DNA of 64,000 nucleotides from assembly GCA_045837725.1 (NCBI GenBank), contig JBEWZL010000011.1, positions 124,001 to 188,000 on the forward strand. The letters are read 5' to 3'. The position numbers and the translations under genes were made by a program. The notes below the pieces were generated by a model. That model ran no database searches and was not told where the DNA came from. It worked only from the letters and a program-made list of their open reading frames with translations. Source of the stretch: Vermamoeba vermiformis (taxonomy: Eukaryota). Shown in pieces: positions 63,842-64,000 of the stretch. Within the stretch, counting starts at the first letter, position 1, and the number at the start of each line of letters is the position of its first letter.

Positions 63842-64000
63842 ATTCTCGTTTGGCATTATTTAAATATGACATATTGATTAAAATAGAAGTATGCCATCGA
63901 AAAATCACCCTAACGTTCGTCTAAAAGAAATAAAAAGCCCGAAAATTGTTCCAGAAATCTCTTTTTGTCATAATTCATCAGAACTGCTCGAGCAACACCA

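Noticed and set aside
1-64000. CRISPR array, tRNA or rRNA genes
   Set aside because: No repeat-spacer arrays, cloverleaf structures or rRNA-like sequence were recognised by eye; the context is eukaryotic. Not excluded without tRNAscan-SE or Infernal.

Overview
Eukaryotic, AT-rich, intron-dense genomic DNA with short GT-AG introns (a few GC-AG) and CTAAC/CTAAT branch points. The gene content looks amoebozoan-like, but the taxon cannot be fixed from the sequence. About 27 host protein genes are present: a frameshifted NRPS, SPRY/F-box protein, cyanophycinase-like peptidase, sugar porter, EF-hand pair, PX-C2, M20 peptidase, MPDU1, EBP-like, head-to-head MPC1/MPC2, DH-PX-RGS, Gly-rich protein, two F-box/LRR genes, Kelch-TM, ERI1-like, multi-TM kinase, double-VFT class C GPCR and TPR-MYND. 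The highlight is a nested DNA-transposon pair at 38286-47187. The outer element is Ginger/Tdd-type (TGT...ACA ends, ~68-bp TIRs, GGTTT TSD, intact integrase gene). Inside it is a 6170-bp Sola-like element (40690-46859; 42-bp TIRs, TCAC TSD). Manual splicing of the inner element gives one intact ~948-aa protein fusing a USP-like deubiquitinase, a Sola-like DDD transposase and a chromodomain, plus a divergently transcribed gene with a BAH-like domain. The inner element is strongly CpG-depleted relative to the host. Also found: an intronic C/D snoRNA in MPC1 with a long external stem, and a recurring intronic TGACACGTGTCA palindrome. All gene models were spliced by eye and domain calls come from motif recognition; no database searches were run.
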